Source: Bacteroidia bacterium (GTDB lineage Bacteria; Bacteroidota; Bacteroidia; UKL13-3). From it: 64,000 bases of DNA. This document shows, one piece after another, positions 51,922 through 63,504 of this stretch. The stretch's first letter is position 1. Every line of letters begins with the position of its first letter. The translations under genes were made by a program, and so were the position numbers. The notes beneath the pieces were generated by a model, which had not been told where the DNA came from, did no database searches, and saw nothing but the letters and a program-made list of their open reading frames with translations. The DNA is taken from assembly GCA_021740845.1 (NCBI GenBank), contig JAIOYZ010000005.1, forward strand, positions 3,693 through 67,692, given 5' to 3'.

Positions 51922-52230
51922 TTATTGGGTTTGAATCAATTTGCTTTTTTCTACGAATTTAAAACCACTTCTTCCATTTTGCTCCTGAAAATCGATGACC
52001 ATGCCTGCAAAAAAGAATATTTGTCCTGCTTGGTATATTACTTCTATTCCATCAATATTTGCTGCCTTATCTTTATCATTTTTAGCATCAAAACCTATTA
52101 AAAGACCTTTGTCTTGTGAGTTTTTTTGTTTGATACCCACACGCAAAAAGTAATCTGTTGGGATTTTTAACGTATTTTGAAAATGAACAATTGCTTCTTT
52201 AGCGGCAGGTGTAAATTCAATTAAATGCAT
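51922..52230 (-). CDS. HesB/IscA-like fold protein lacking cluster-ligating cysteines
   Basis: Colinear with IscA, including the LRVGIKQ and AGMVIDF segments, but without any Cys. Confidence 0.4.
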   Translation of the reverse strand: MHLIEFTPAAKEAIVHFQNTLKIPTDYFLRVGIKQKNSQDKGLLIGFDAKNDKDKAANIDGIEVIYQAGQIFFFAGMVIDFQEQNGRSGFKFVEKSKLIQTQ

Positions 52231-52362
52231 AGTGCCGCAAGTTACACAATCTCTTTAGAAAAGTACGTTTGGTTTAAACCAATAAAAAAAATAGTTGAAA
52301 ACCCATAAATAGTAAAGGAAAAAGTATGGATATACTTATTTTTCGCAAAAAAACAGAAAAGC

Positions 52363-53412
52363 ATGATAGATTTTTCACTGGTAAGTTTAGCAGAAGTATC
52401 CGTTCATCAAATAGGCAACAAAACTAATGGCGAATCGCTAATAGTTTCTAAAGAACCTCTTGCAGAAAAAGATGAAAAATTAGAAGAGTTATTATTGCAG
52501 TACTTTTTAAAACCCTTTCACAATCCAGAGTATTATCATTTAACTTTTAGCAACGATGACCATGCATTAAATCCAATTTATCATTATGCAGAGCAGTGCT
52601 TTGAACACCCAGAAAGTTTTCATATTCAAAGCATTCACCTTGCAAAACATTTATTTGAAACCGCTTTGCACCCCAATATTAAACCAGGAGATTTTTATGT
52701 AGCCAGATTTAAAGATTTGCAATGGGAAGGCAATTTAGTAGAAGGAATGGGACTCTTTAAGGCAGAAACAAAGGACCATTTTATTAAAATGAAAAGGCAA
52801 GGAAGTGGATTTGATGTGCAATATGATTTGGGAACTTCGGTAGACAAATTAGACAAAGGCTGTTTGATCCTAAACATAGAAAGTGAAAAAGGATTTAAGG
52901 TTTGTGTGGTAGATAAAGTGAATAAAGGAGCTGAAGCTCAATATTGGAAAGACCAATACCTAAAAATAAAACCTTGTTCTGATAATTTTCATTTTACAGA
53001 AAACTTGTTAACCCTAACCAAAGATTTTGTTACCAAACAGTTAACAGAGGAATATGAAGTTAGTAAAGCTGACCAGATTGATTTATTGAATAAATCTGTG
53101 TCCTACTTTAAAGATAATGAAAGGTTTGATCAAAAGGAATTTTCTCAATCAGTTTTTGGTGACCATGAAGGCCTTATAACATCTTTCAAAGATTTTAAAG
53201 AACAAACTCAAAAAGAGTATGAGATAGAATTATTAGATAATTTCGATATCTCAGACCAAGCAGTTAAAAAGCAAGCTAAGATTTTTAAAAGTGTTCTAAA
53301 ATTAGATAAGAATTTTCATATTTATATTCATGGCAATAAAAACATGATTGAGAAAGGCGTTGAACCAGATGGCCGTAAATATTACAAAATTTACTATACA
53401 GAAGAAAATTAA
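52363..53412 (+). CDS. nucleoid-associated protein NdpA/YejK-like
   Basis: N-terminal HQIG motif. Length is about 350 aa. Moderate certainty. Confidence 0.5.
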   Translation: MIDFSLVSLAEVSVHQIGNKTNGESLIVSKEPLAEKDEKLEELLLQYFLKPFHNPEYYHLTFSNDDHALNPIYHYAEQCFEHPESFHIQSIHLAKHLFETALHPNIKPGDFYVARFKDLQWEGNLVEGMGLFKAETKDHFIKMKRQGSGFDVQYDLGTSVDKLDKGCLILNIESEKGFKVCVVDKVNKGAEAQYWKDQYLKIKPCSDNFHFTENLLTLTKDFVTKQLTEEYEVSKADQIDLLNKSVSYFKDNERFDQKEFSQSVFGDHEGLITSFKDFKEQTQKEYEIELLDNFDISDQAVKKQAKIFKSVLKLDKNFHIYIHGNKNMIEKGVEPDGRKYYKIYYTEEN

Positions 53413-53418
53413 AAGCAC

Positions 53419-54120
53419 TTGAACTACCGCCATAAAATACAATACATATTAGTTCAAAAGCTTAAAATAAGTAATCAGACTGCAAAAGACTTTTTGACCC
53501 AAAATAAGGTGCTACTAAATAGTGAAGTTTGTTCCGAGAACAGATTGGTTCAGCCCTATGATTTATTAGAAGTAAATGGGAAAGTTGTTCAAAGTAAAGA
53601 ACAATTTGAATATTTTATTTTGAATAAACCAAAAGGTATTGAATGCACTTTGAATAAGAATATTGAGCATAACCTTTCTAATTATTTAGGTGAAGAATAT
53701 TCCAATTTATTCTATGCAGGCAGGCTCGATAAAAACTCGGAGGGCCTTATATTATTAATGAATGACGGATTTGCCTATAATAAAATTATTCATCCAAATC
53801 AGCATCTCCCTAAAAAATATATAGTAAAATTAGAGAAGCGGTTTGAACCAAAATTTATTGAAAAAATGGCGCAAGGAGTTGAAATATTAGGAACCACTAC
53901 CCTACCCTGTTTTGTAAGTCCTATTGATGAACAATCATTTGAAATAATATTAACGCAAGGCATGAATAGACAAATAAGAAGGATGTGTTTTGCTTTAGAT
54001 AATTATGTAATCCAACTCCAACGAACTTCAATTGGAGCAATTGAGTTGGGGGAATTACCAATTGGGGAAATGAGAAAATTAAATAATGAAGAAATTTTGT
54101 GGATTCAGAATTTGACATAG
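53419..54120 (+). CDS. RsuA/RluF-family rRNA pseudouridine synthase
   Basis: S4-like N-terminus and catalytic GRLDKNSEGLILL. Confidence 0.7.
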   Translation: MNYRHKIQYILVQKLKISNQTAKDFLTQNKVLLNSEVCSENRLVQPYDLLEVNGKVVQSKEQFEYFILNKPKGIECTLNKNIEHNLSNYLGEEYSNLFYAGRLDKNSEGLILLMNDGFAYNKIIHPNQHLPKKYIVKLEKRFEPKFIEKMAQGVEILGTTTLPCFVSPIDEQSFEIILTQGMNRQIRRMCFALDNYVIQLQRTSIGAIELGELPIGEMRKLNNEEILWIQNLT

Positions 54121-54167
54121 ATAAAAACGAAATTAAACCTTATGTTTGGAGGTAAATCGTTTTAAAT

Positions 54168-54725
54168 ATGTTAAAAAGAATACTCATTATTACAGGAATT
54201 GTAATTGTTGGACTTATTATTTTCTTTAATTGGTTCAAGAAAGACACAAAAAAACATAGTCCAGCAGCAACAGCACATTACGCTGAAAATGGCTTGGATA
54301 TTAACATTAACTATTGCAGACCTTACGCCAAAGGAAGGATAATTTTTGGGGATGAAGAAGCTGGAGCATTGCAACCATTTGGAAAGTATTGGCGCTTGGG
54401 GGCAAATGAAGCTACAGTTTTTGAAAACAAACAAACACTACTATTTAATAATATTGAATTGGCTCCTGGTAAATATGGGATGTATGCCTATCCAAATAGG
54501 GATAAGTGGACTGTTTGTATCAACAAAGAATGGGATCGTTGGGGTGCACAAGAAGCGGATATGACTCAAGATGTTTTTAGAACAGAAGTAATTCCAAATA
54601 ATGACTCTCCTTTTCAGGAACAATTTGAAATAAGCTTTGAAAGTGCCGATTCATCAGGAAATTTTAATATGGTTTTCCATTGGGATAAAACTATGGTTAA
54701 AGTTCCTTTGTCTTCCAAAAAATAA
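54168..54725 (+). CDS. DUF2911-like protein
   Basis: N-terminal TM plus a domain of about 150 aa. Low specificity. Confidence 0.35.
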   Translation: MLKRILIITGIVIVGLIIFFNWFKKDTKKHSPAATAHYAENGLDININYCRPYAKGRIIFGDEEAGALQPFGKYWRLGANEATVFENKQTLLFNNIELAPGKYGMYAYPNRDKWTVCINKEWDRWGAQEADMTQDVFRTEVIPNNDSPFQEQFEISFESADSSGNFNMVFHWDKTMVKVPLSSKK

Positions 54726-54732
54726 CTGAATT

Positions 54733-55473
54733 CTATTCAAATATTTTATAAGAACCAATTCCCCATTTCTTTAATCGGAAAATGAGGCTTGTTCTTAATA
54801 CCCCTAAACCATATATACTGCTGCGCTTAAAATTAATACTTGAGGCTTCAGGGAAATATTTGGTAGGGCAAGTAACTTCTGCTATTTCAAAACCTTTCAT
54901 AAAGATTTGTGCTGAAATCTCATTGTCGAAAACGAAATCATCACTACATAAATCAAAGTTTACAGCATTGAGCACTTCTGAGCTAAAAGCTCTATAACCA
55001 GTGTGGTATTCGGATAGTTTTTGTCCCATCATTATGTTTTGGAACAAGGTAAGCATCCTATTAAAAATGTATTTATAAACAGGCATCCCTCCTTTTAAAG
55101 CTCCCATGCCTAATATTCTTGAACCAAAAACTACAGGATAAACATCAAAGGCAATAATGCTACTCATAGCCATAATTAACTTTGGAGTGTATTGGTAATC
55201 GGGATGCAGCATAATAACAATATCAGCACCTAACTCAATGGCTTTGTGATAGCACGTTTTTTGATTACCACCATAACCTTTGTTTTGTTGGTGTTTAATT
55301 ACATGTTTGATTCCAATAGATTTCCCCAATTCTGAAGTATCGTCTTTACTGGCATCGTCCACCAAAATTACATCATCAACAATATCGAATGGAATTTCTG
55401 AATACGTTTTTTCAAGTGTTCTTGCTGCATTATAGGCAGGTAAAACCACAATAATTTTTTTTCCGTTTAGCAT
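54733..55473 (-). CDS. family 2 glycosyltransferase (polyprenyl-phosphate sugar transferase-like)
   Basis: VVLPAYNAA ... DDASKD GT-A motifs. Confidence 0.75.
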   Translation of the reverse strand: MLNGKKIIVVLPAYNAARTLEKTYSEIPFDIVDDVILVDDASKDDTSELGKSIGIKHVIKHQQNKGYGGNQKTCYHKAIELGADIVIMLHPDYQYTPKLIMAMSSIIAFDVYPVVFGSRILGMGALKGGMPVYKYIFNRMLTLFQNIMMGQKLSEYHTGYRAFSSEVLNAVNFDLCSDDFVFDNEISAQIFMKGFEIAEVTCPTKYFPEASSINFKRSSIYGLGVLRTSLIFRLKKWGIGSYKIFE

Positions 55474-55483
55474 AGTTTCGTAA

Positions 55484-56830
55484 TCAAATAAAATTAATTA
55501 AATTAAAGTAAAGCAACCAAACCACAAATAAAACTGGTAATAAAATTGGTAAGCTATAGCGCCAAATGTAGTTCCCAAAACTTGGCATTTCTACGCCAGA
55601 TTGCTCTGCAATAGATTTAACCATAAAATTTGGGCCATTACCAATATATGTCATTGCCCCAAAGAAAACAGCAGCAACAGATAACGCACTAAGTAAAGCA
55701 ACTCCAGAGGTTTCCATAAATTGGTGAACATCGGAAATACTGTTCATGCTCAAATTGGCATCCGATAAAATTAAAGCAAAAACATTTAGGTAAGTTGGAG
55801 CATTATCCAAAACGCTACTAAAAATTCCACTCGACCAAAAAATCAAAGTTTGGTTCAAAACGAAACTGCCTTTTTGCGCATGGGCAAAGGCCTCTAATGA
55901 TTGAAGCGCAGGCATCATGCATAGAAAAATGCCAAAAAACAAGAAGGCAACTTCTTTAATGGGTTCAAAATCAAATTTATTACCTTTAAGTGCATTTTGA
56001 TTAGCAAATCGGTAACAAAAGAAAGCAGAACTTAATTGAATGAGTTCACGGATAAAGGATAATTTTTTACCGTGATACAAAATGGATGGCAAACCATCGA
56101 TAATATTTGGATCAAGAAAAACGGTTCCAACCCCAAGTAAAAGCCAGAAAATATTGCGTTTCCCATTAATGATAATCTTATTTGTATAATGGGAACTAAC
56201 ATCCACATCATTAAGTTGGTTGTTTCTTTTCTCAAATACATAAAAGATAGAAAGTATTAAAACAATTGCTGTTGTCCATGGCAAAAATAAATGGCTTAAA
56301 GTCCAGAAGAATGGAACTCCTTTTAAGAAACCCATAAACAATGGCGGATCACCAATTGGGGTTAAAGAACCACCCACATTAGATACAATAAAAATAAAGA
56401 AAATGATGTGGTAAGGTTTAAGACGATATCTATTTATTCGCATAAATGGACGAATAAGTAAAACTGAAGCGCCCGTTGTTCCAATAATATTTGTAAGTAT
56501 TGCGGCGATAAAAAGGAATAAGATATTTACCCAAGCTTTAGATTCTATATCCACAAATAGGTAAATGCCCCCGCTGGCTATATATAGAATGGTTAATAAA
56601 CTAATGAATGAAAGGTACTCCGCCAAGGTTTCAATTGGCAAAACATGGTCGTTTAATTGAAAAACATAATAAGCACCTACTAAAAGACCTAAACCAATAC
56701 TAATTTTCTTGTAATGATGATGCCAAATATTAGGGAAAAGTACTGGTCCTGTTGCAATCATCAGGAGCAAAGAAACAAAAGGAAAGACTAACCATAGGGG
56801 TGGATTTGTAACCAATACGCTTTCAATCAT
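55484..56830 (-). CDS. NhaD/ArsB-superfamily ion transporter
   Basis: About 12 TM helices, duplicated halves. Confidence 0.5.
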   Translation of the reverse strand: MIESVLVTNPPLWLVFPFVSLLLMIATGPVLFPNIWHHHYKKISIGLGLLVGAYYVFQLNDHVLPIETLAEYLSFISLLTILYIASGGIYLFVDIESKAWVNILFLFIAAILTNIIGTTGASVLLIRPFMRINRYRLKPYHIIFFIFIVSNVGGSLTPIGDPPLFMGFLKGVPFFWTLSHLFLPWTTAIVLILSIFYVFEKRNNQLNDVDVSSHYTNKIIINGKRNIFWLLLGVGTVFLDPNIIDGLPSILYHGKKLSFIRELIQLSSAFFCYRFANQNALKGNKFDFEPIKEVAFLFFGIFLCMMPALQSLEAFAHAQKGSFVLNQTLIFWSSGIFSSVLDNAPTYLNVFALILSDANLSMNSISDVHQFMETSGVALLSALSVAAVFFGAMTYIGNGPNFMVKSIAEQSGVEMPSFGNYIWRYSLPILLPVLFVVWLLYFNLINFI

Positions 56831-57143
56831 TCGGCAAAAGTAAGTAATTTGTGTCAGTCTGCCCGCCCTTAAACCTCTAAAAAATGATCATTCATCTACA
56901 ATTTGATTTAATAATTGACACTTAATAAAAAAAATTACAGACTAATCTGTTTTAAGAAAATAAAAAAACGCACCCTGTATCCAAAAAATCTTAGGCAGAA
57001 AATTGGCGAGACCAATTCATTTTCAATGCTTTTTGGAAAAATGGGGTTGGTTCAAACCGAAAATAAAAAAATAAAAGTGAATAGAATGGAAAGAAAGAAA
57101 ATCTAAAAAGAAATTGAATGCAAATTTTCCTATTTTCGCGGCA

Positions 57144-58931
57144 ATGGACCATATTAGAAATTTTTGCATAATAGCACATATTGATCACGGAAAAAGCACA
57201 CTGGCAGACAGACTATTGGAATATACCAATACAACTACAGTTAGGGATATGCAGGCCCAATTGTTGGATAATATGGATTTGGAGCGGGAAAGAGGAATTA
57301 CTATAAAAAGCCATGCAATTCAAATGGATTACCAATTGGATGGCAAAAAATACAAGTTGAATTTAATTGATACTCCTGGCCATGTGGATTTTAGCTATGA
57401 GGTTTCTCGTTCGATTGCTGCTTGTGATGGCGCATTGTTAATTGTTGATTCTAGTCAAGGAATTCAAGCCCAGACAATTTCTAATTTATATTTGGCAATT
57501 GACCAAGGTTTAGAAATTATACCAATTCTTAATAAAATAGACCTTCCGCATTCTATGCCAGAGGAGGTTAGCGATCAAATTATTGATTTAATTGGTTGTG
57601 ATTATGAAGATATTTTAAGAGCTAGTGGAAAAACGGGAGCCGGAGTTCTCGAAATTTTGGAAGCAATTGTTAAACGTGTTCCACCTCCAGTTGGCGATAT
57701 TAACGCTCCTTTGAAAGCTCTTATTTTTGATTCTGTTTTTAATTCATTTAGAGGAATTATTGCCTATTTTAGGGTATTAGATGGGGTAATCAAAAAAGGC
57801 GACAAAGTGAAATTTATGTCGAATAACAGTGAGTATTTGGCTGATGAGGTTGGTATTTTGGGATTAACACCTGAACCTAGAGCACAAATATCTGCTGGTG
57901 ATGTTGGATATATTATTTCTGGAATTAAAGAAGCACGTGAAGTAAAAGTTGGGGATACAATTACCCATGTAGATAGGCCTACGGCAGAATCAATTAAGGG
58001 ATTTGAAGAGGTAAAGCCTATGGTATTTGCGGGTATATACCCTGTAGATACTGAAGATTTTGAAGAATTACGTGAAAGTATGTATAAGCTTCAATTGAAT
58101 GACGCCTCCTTAACTTTTGAACCAGAATCTTCGGCAGCATTGGGATTTGGTTTCCGTTGTGGTTTCTTGGGAATGCTTCATATGGAAATTATCCAAGAAC
58201 GTTTGGAGCGTGAATTTAAGATGACGGTTATTACAACTGTTCCTAACGTGAGTTACCATTGTTATGATAACAAAGGCGTTATGAATGTGGTAAATAACCC
58301 TAGCGATTTACCAGACGCCAATTATATAGACCATGTAGAGGAGCCGTTTATTAAAGCCCAAATAATCACTCACTCCGATTATGTTGGACCAATAATGGGG
58401 CTTTGTTTAGGGAAACGAGGTTACTTAAAAGAGCAAAAATATTTAACAACCGACCGTGTTGAAATGGTATTTGATATGCCTTTGGCCGAGGTGGTATTTG
58501 ATTTTTTTGATAAGTTAAAAACCATTTCTAGAGGCTATGCTTCATTTGATTACCATCCTATTGGATACGTAGAATCTGATTTAGTGAAATTAGATATTCT
58601 TTTAAATAAAGAACAAGTGGATGCGCTTTCTGCTATTATACATAGAGATAGAGCATATGATTTTGGAAAAAGGATTTGCGAAAAATTGCGGGAGTTAATA
58701 CCTCGCCATCAATTTGAAATTCCTGTACAAGCTAGTATTGGTGCCAAAGTTATAGCACGTGAATCTATAAAGGCATTAAGAAAAGACGTAACGGCTAAAT
58801 GTTATGGAGGGGATATTTCTCGTAAGAGAAAGTTATTGGAAAAACAAAAAGAGGGTAAGAAAAGAATGCGCCAAGTAGGTTCGGTAGAAATTCCACAATC
58901 TGCATTTATGGCGGTTTTAAAATTAGATTAA
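57144..58931 (+). CDS. lepA: elongation factor 4
   Basis: [10 protein letters not shown]1 motif, DTPGH, NKID. Start taken at MDHIRNF. Confidence 0.95.
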   Translation: MDHIRNFCIIAHIDHGKSTLADRLLEYTNTTTVRDMQAQLLDNMDLERERGITIKSHAIQMDYQLDGKKYKLNLIDTPGHVDFSYEVSRSIAACDGALLIVDSSQGIQAQTISNLYLAIDQGLEIIPILNKIDLPHSMPEEVSDQIIDLIGCDYEDILRASGKTGAGVLEILEAIVKRVPPPVGDINAPLKALIFDSVFNSFRGIIAYFRVLDGVIKKGDKVKFMSNNSEYLADEVGILGLTPEPRAQISAGDVGYIISGIKEAREVKVGDTITHVDRPTAESIKGFEEVKPMVFAGIYPVDTEDFEELRESMYKLQLNDASLTFEPESSAALGFGFRCGFLGMLHMEIIQERLEREFKMTVITTVPNVSYHCYDNKGVMNVVNNPSDLPDANYIDHVEEPFIKAQIITHSDYVGPIMGLCLGKRGYLKEQKYLTTDRVEMVFDMPLAEVVFDFFDKLKTISRGYASFDYHPIGYVESDLVKLDILLNKEQVDALSAIIHRDRAYDFGKRICEKLRELIPRHQFEIPVQASIGAKVIARESIKALRKDVTAKCYGGDISRKRKLLEKQKEGKKRMRQVGSVEIPQSAFMAVLKLD

Positions 58932-58960
58932 TTCGGTTTGAACCAAATAAAAAAAGGACG

Positions 58961-59410
58961 ATGAAATCTTTGTACCATCCAGAAACTTTAAAGGAAGTTT
59001 TGACAAGAATAGATAATCTAAAAGTTGACTCTTCTGCAAATTGGGGCAAAATGAACTCATCACAAATGATGGAACATTGTGCTAAAACTTTGGAATTTGC
59101 AACAGGAAAAACAAAGGAGCCACGTTTATTAATTGGATATTTATTAGGTGGATTTTTTAAAACACAATATTACAACGAAAAGCCTTGGAGGCAGAACTCC
59201 CCTACTTCCAAATCCTTTACAGTTGTTGATCAACCTCAATTTGAAGCCAGCAAATTGCGATTGATTAATTTAATAAAAGAATTTTCGAATGGAGGTCCTG
59301 AAAAATGTACCACCCACCCTAGTCCATTTTTTGGAAAGTTAACCCCAGAACAAATTGGAATGGGCACCTATAAGCATTTGGATCACCATTTATTGCAATT
59401 TGGAAATTAA
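58961..59410 (+). CDS. DUF1569-like (DinB/YfiT-like four-helix) protein
   Basis: C-terminal HLDHHLLQFG. Confidence 0.45.
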   Translation: MKSLYHPETLKEVLTRIDNLKVDSSANWGKMNSSQMMEHCAKTLEFATGKTKEPRLLIGYLLGGFFKTQYYNEKPWRQNSPTSKSFTVVDQPQFEASKLRLINLIKEFSNGGPEKCTTHPSPFFGKLTPEQIGMGTYKHLDHHLLQFGN

Positions 59411-59422
59411 AACTCAAAAAAG

Positions 59423-60289
59423 ATGGAATTACTCAACGGAAACGAAGTTTCAAAAAAAATTAAACTGGAAATTAAAGAGAAGGTTATTACTTTAAAATCT
59501 CAAGGTAAAAAAACTCCTCATTTAGCTGCTATTTTGGTAGGTTCTGATGGCGCTAGCATGACTTATGTTGCTGCTAAAGAAAAGGATTGTATGGAAGTAG
59601 GATTTGACTCAACCGTATTAAGATTTGATGCCAACCTAAGCGAGGAGGCACTTTTGGAGGAAGTAGAAAAAATCAATAACAATCCAGATATAGATGGGTT
59701 AATTGTTCAATTGCCATTACCTAAACATATAAATGAGAAGAAGGTAACAGAAACCATTTCTTATAAAAAGGATGTAGATGGTTTTCATCCCATGAATGTA
59801 GGAATGATGTTTAAAGGATTAAAGACTTTTTTACCTGCAACTCCATATGGTATTGTTAAATTATTAGAACATTATGGCGTTGAAACCAATGGCAAACATT
59901 GTGTTGTTATTGGGCGTAGCGATATTGTTGGAAAACCAATGAGTGCATTAATGCTACAAAAAAATTGCACGGTTACGGTTTGTCACAGCAAAACTAAAAG
60001 TGTTAAAGACTTCACTCTGCAAGCAGATATTATTATAGCAGCAATAGGGATTCCTGGCTATTTAACAGCAGATATGGTAAAAGAAGGCACAGTGGTTGTG
60101 GATGTTGGAATTACTCGTGTAGAAGATGCCACAGCTAAAAGCGGTTATCGTTTAAAAGGAGATGTGGATTTTGAAAATGTGGCGCCAAAATGTAGTTATA
60201 TAACCCCAGTTCCAGGTGGTGTTGGCCCAATGACACGTGTGGGTCTTTTGTTAAATACATTGGACGCTATTTCCTTGTATTCTAAATAA
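59423..60289 (+). CDS. folD: bifunctional methylenetetrahydrofolate dehydrogenase / methenyl-THF cyclohydrolase
   Basis: FolD signatures [26 protein letters not shown]. Confidence 0.9.
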   Translation: MELLNGNEVSKKIKLEIKEKVITLKSQGKKTPHLAAILVGSDGASMTYVAAKEKDCMEVGFDSTVLRFDANLSEEALLEEVEKINNNPDIDGLIVQLPLPKHINEKKVTETISYKKDVDGFHPMNVGMMFKGLKTFLPATPYGIVKLLEHYGVETNGKHCVVIGRSDIVGKPMSALMLQKNCTVTVCHSKTKSVKDFTLQADIIIAAIGIPGYLTADMVKEGTVVVDVGITRVEDATAKSGYRLKGDVDFENVAPKCSYITPVPGGVGPMTRVGLLLNTLDAISLYSK

Positions 60290-60322
60290 ATATTTAGTTT
60301 GGTTCGAACCAAATAATAAAAA

Positions 60323-60347
60323 TGCCAGCATGCCACTGGCATTTTTT
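60323..60347. terminator. bidirectional hairpin terminator between folD and the fructosamine kinase gene
   Basis: Hairpin tgccag-catgcca-ctggca followed by T6. An A/T run lies on the other side. Confidence 0.65.
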
Positions 60348-61218
60348 ATTTAACCCATTTATTCAATTTATCTTCAACAGAAGGCAAGTATGGCATTCCA
60401 TAATTATTTAAATTAACTAAGGAATAATACATTTGGCAAAATCCAATACGGATTTCCCAATCTTCTATTAATGGATAAGTAGAATTGTAGGATTCATAAA
60501 ATGATGCAGGAAAACTTCCTACCATTTTTGTCATAGCAATATCCATCTCACGATGGCCAAAATAGGACGAAGGATTACACAAAATTGGATTGCCATCTTG
60601 AGTTACAAGAATTTGTTCTTTCCAAAGGTTGCCATGCAATAAAGAAGGTGTTTCTTCTGGAAAAACAACCTCCACTAATTGGTAATATTTCTCAAATTTC
60701 TTTACAATTTCAATATCCAAATACATGTTTTCTGCCGCTTTTCTTACATTTGGCATTAACCTGTTTTTAATAAAGAACTGTCCCCAATTGCTATTTCTAT
60801 GATTAATTTGAGGGGTAATTCCTAGGTAATTATCTTCTACAAAACCAAAATATCTATTAGAATGCATGTGCAACTGAGCAAGTTTTTGCCCCATATCATA
60901 CCAATAAGTTTCACTTGGTGGACCAGACTCAACATAGTCTAAAAACAAGAATTCCATACCTTCACATTCACAAATACCAATTGGATTACAAACTTCAATG
61001 GTATTCGTTTTTTGAATGGTGGAAAGTGAAAACATTTCTTTATCAAAAAATTTCGGGTACCTATCTAAATCATGGACCTTGGCAAAATAAACGCCCTTAT
61101 CGGTAATAACCTTATATAATTGATTAATTTCGCCACCGCCCATATGGTGGAAACCATATAGTTGAGGCTCTTTGCCTAAAACCTTTTCAACTGCTGTTTG
61201 AAGTAGTGTGCTGTTCAT
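60346..61218 (-). CDS. fructosamine/ketosamine-3-kinase family protein
   Basis: APH-like kinase fold. Length is 290 aa. Confidence 0.65.
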   Translation of the reverse strand: MNSTLLQTAVEKVLGKEPQLYGFHHMGGGEINQLYKVITDKGVYFAKVHDLDRYPKFFDKEMFSLSTIQKTNTIEVCNPIGICECEGMEFLFLDYVESGPPSETYWYDMGQKLAQLHMHSNRYFGFVEDNYLGITPQINHRNSNWGQFFIKNRLMPNVRKAAENMYLDIEIVKKFEKYYQLVEVVFPEETPSLLHGNLWKEQILVTQDGNPILCNPSSYFGHREMDIAMTKMVGSFPASFYESYNSTYPLIEDWEIRIGFCQMYYSLVNLNNYGMPYLPSVEDKLNKWVK

Positions 61219-61296
61219 AAGTAATTAACCAAATATCAACAAAGTTTTAAATGAATACAAATTTTCTCACTTTTACAAACCTAAGCAAATAAAGTT

Positions 61297-62664
61297 ATGG
61301 CCAGAATATTAATAATAGACGATGAAAAGGCAATTCGTAGTACACTAAGAGAAATTTTGGAGTATGAGGGTTATCAAGTAGATGAAGCAGCTAATGGCGA
61401 AGAAGGCTTAAGCAAAATTGAGAACGAAGAATTTGATGCCGTTTTGTGCGACGTAAAGATGCCGAAGATGGATGGCATGACCGTACTATCAAAGGCAAAA
61501 GAAATTGACGAGGACCTACCATTTGTAATGATTTCTGGTCATGGCAATGTTGAAATGGCGGTAGAGGCTACAAAAAAAGGAGCTTTTGATTTTATAGTTA
61601 AACCACCAGATTTAAATAAGTTACTAATTACTATTCGTAACACAGTTGACCGCAAGGAACTTGTTATTGAAACCAAAGTTTTAAGACGGAAAGCTAGCAA
61701 AACCCGCGATATTATTGGAGAATCTCCAGCGATAAAGAACATTATGGATACCATTGATAAGGTGGCTCCAACAGATGCAAGGGTGTTAATTACCGGAGAT
61801 AATGGAACTGGAAAAGAACTTGTAGCACGCTGGATTTATGAAAAAAGCATGCGTTCTAAAAATCCTTTAATTGAGGTGAACTGTGCGGCAATTCCAACAG
61901 AATTAATAGAAAGTGAATTGTTTGGACATGAAAAAGGTGCTTTTACATCTGCTATCAAACAAAGAATTGGAAAATTTGAACAAGCCCACCAAGGAACTAT
62001 CTTTTTAGATGAAGTTGGCGACATGAGTTTATCTGCTCAAGCCAAGGTTTTAAGGGCATTGCAAGAAAATAAAATTACACGTGTAGGTGGCGACAAAGAC
62101 ATAGAGGTTGATGTACGTGTAATTGCGGCAACCAATAAAAATTTATTGAAAGAAATTGAAAAAGGTACTTTTAGAATGGACTTATACCACCGTTTAAGTG
62201 TAATTCTAATTCATGTTCCTTCTCTACATGATAGACGAGATGACATCCCATTGTTGGCAGAAAAATTTGTTAAAGAAATTTGTGAGGATAGCGGATTATC
62301 TAGGAAAAGTTTCTTACCTCAAGCATTGGAAGAGTTTAAGAAATTGAACTTTAGTGGAAATATTCGTGAGTTAAGAAATATAGTTGAGCGACTAATTATT
62401 TTGGGTCAACCTAGAATAACGGTTGAGGATATTCAAAAATTTGCCAGTCCAATAAATGCCCGCGATGAAGAAAAGTCTATTTACGAACGATTTTCTACTT
62501 TACAAGATTTTAAAGAATATGTAGAACGTATTTTTATTGAAGAAAAACTAAAGAAAAACGGATGGAATGTAGCTAAAACAGCTGCAGAAATTGATATTCA
62601 AAGAAGCCATTTATATAATAAAATAGAAAAATACAGTCTTAAAAGAGGTGAAGCCAACGATTAA
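61297..62664 (+). CDS. sigma-54-dependent response regulator (NtrC family)
   Basis: Receiver domain (DD..D...K), AAA+ sigma-54 interaction domain with GESG Walker A and the GAFTGA-like loop, C-terminal HTH. Confidence 0.85.
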   Translation: MARILIIDDEKAIRSTLREILEYEGYQVDEAANGEEGLSKIENEEFDAVLCDVKMPKMDGMTVLSKAKEIDEDLPFVMISGHGNVEMAVEATKKGAFDFIVKPPDLNKLLITIRNTVDRKELVIETKVLRRKASKTRDIIGESPAIKNIMDTIDKVAPTDARVLITGDNGTGKELVARWIYEKSMRSKNPLIEVNCAAIPTELIESELFGHEKGAFTSAIKQRIGKFEQAHQGTIFLDEVGDMSLSAQAKVLRALQENKITRVGGDKDIEVDVRVIAATNKNLLKEIEKGTFRMDLYHRLSVILIHVPSLHDRRDDIPLLAEKFVKEICEDSGLSRKSFLPQALEEFKKLNFSGNIRELRNIVERLIILGQPRITVEDIQKFASPINARDEEKSIYERFSTLQDFKEYVERIFIEEKLKKNGWNVAKTAAEIDIQRSHLYNKIEKYSLKRGEAND

Positions 62665-63458
62665 ATTTCGTTGGTTTCTCCTTCAAATTGAAGCATTATT
62701 TTTGAGCTTGGTTTTAAGCCTAGCAACCTTGCGCCTTTGCCTTTATTCATAGCTATTAGAAGGTTTCCATTTTCATTAAACAGCATCAATTCATCTCCTG
62801 ATTTTCCATCATGAAAATGTTGCGAAATTTTAGAAATTGAATGCTTGCCCCAATAGTATAAAATAAAAGGTCGGTTTGAACCAACTTTAAGGAATAAATC
62901 TTTGGTGATATTTGTGATTGCATTCTGATAACCATCAACATACATAACAGTACCTTCTATGCTATTTTCGGTATATATAGCTGAAATACTTTGTTTTTCG
63001 GTAAGAATGGAACTAGGTTCGGCCAAACCTTTTAAATCTCCTTTTTTAAGGAAATTGGCAATAAGTGGTATGAAAATGTTTTTTTCTACAAAAAGGTCGT
63101 TTTCAAGTTCGGGAGCTATTAGTAATTTATAAACCTTTGTTGGTGTTGAATCAAAAAGAAGGGAAAAAATTCCATTATCTGCTCCAAGAAAATAATGACC
63201 ATTCATCTCAACCAAAAGCAATTGTTTATGTAATGCCAAGCTGCAATCCACACAAATTAGATGAAAGGTACCAACAGGAAAATCAAGGTAAACAGATTTT
63301 AAAATAAAAGCCGACATACTTAAATCAAAGTCGGGAATTTGATGAGAGATGCTAATTACTTTGGTTTCTGGCAATAAAGTAGCGGCTTTACCCAACATTG
63401 AAGCTGTGTAAATGCTATCCGATCCATAATCAGAAATAAGAGTAATAACAGAGTTCAA
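62661..63458 (-). CDS. SAM hydroxide adenosyltransferase (DUF62) family protein
   Basis: N-terminal LISDYGSDSIY pattern. Confidence 0.55.
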   Translation of the reverse strand: MNSVITLISDYGSDSIYTASMLGKAATLLPETKVISISHQIPDFDLSMSAFILKSVYLDFPVGTFHLICVDCSLALHKQLLLVEMNGHYFLGADNGIFSLLFDSTPTKVYKLLIAPELENDLFVEKNIFIPLIANFLKKGDLKGLAEPSSILTEKQSISAIYTENSIEGTVMYVDGYQNAITNITKDLFLKVGSNRPFILYYWGKHSISKISQHFHDGKSGDELMLFNENGNLLIAMNKGKGARLLGLKPSSKIMLQFEGETNEI

Positions 63459-63504
63459 ATTCTTTTACTATTTTCGTGCAAAGTAACAGCAAGTACAGCA
63501 AAAT

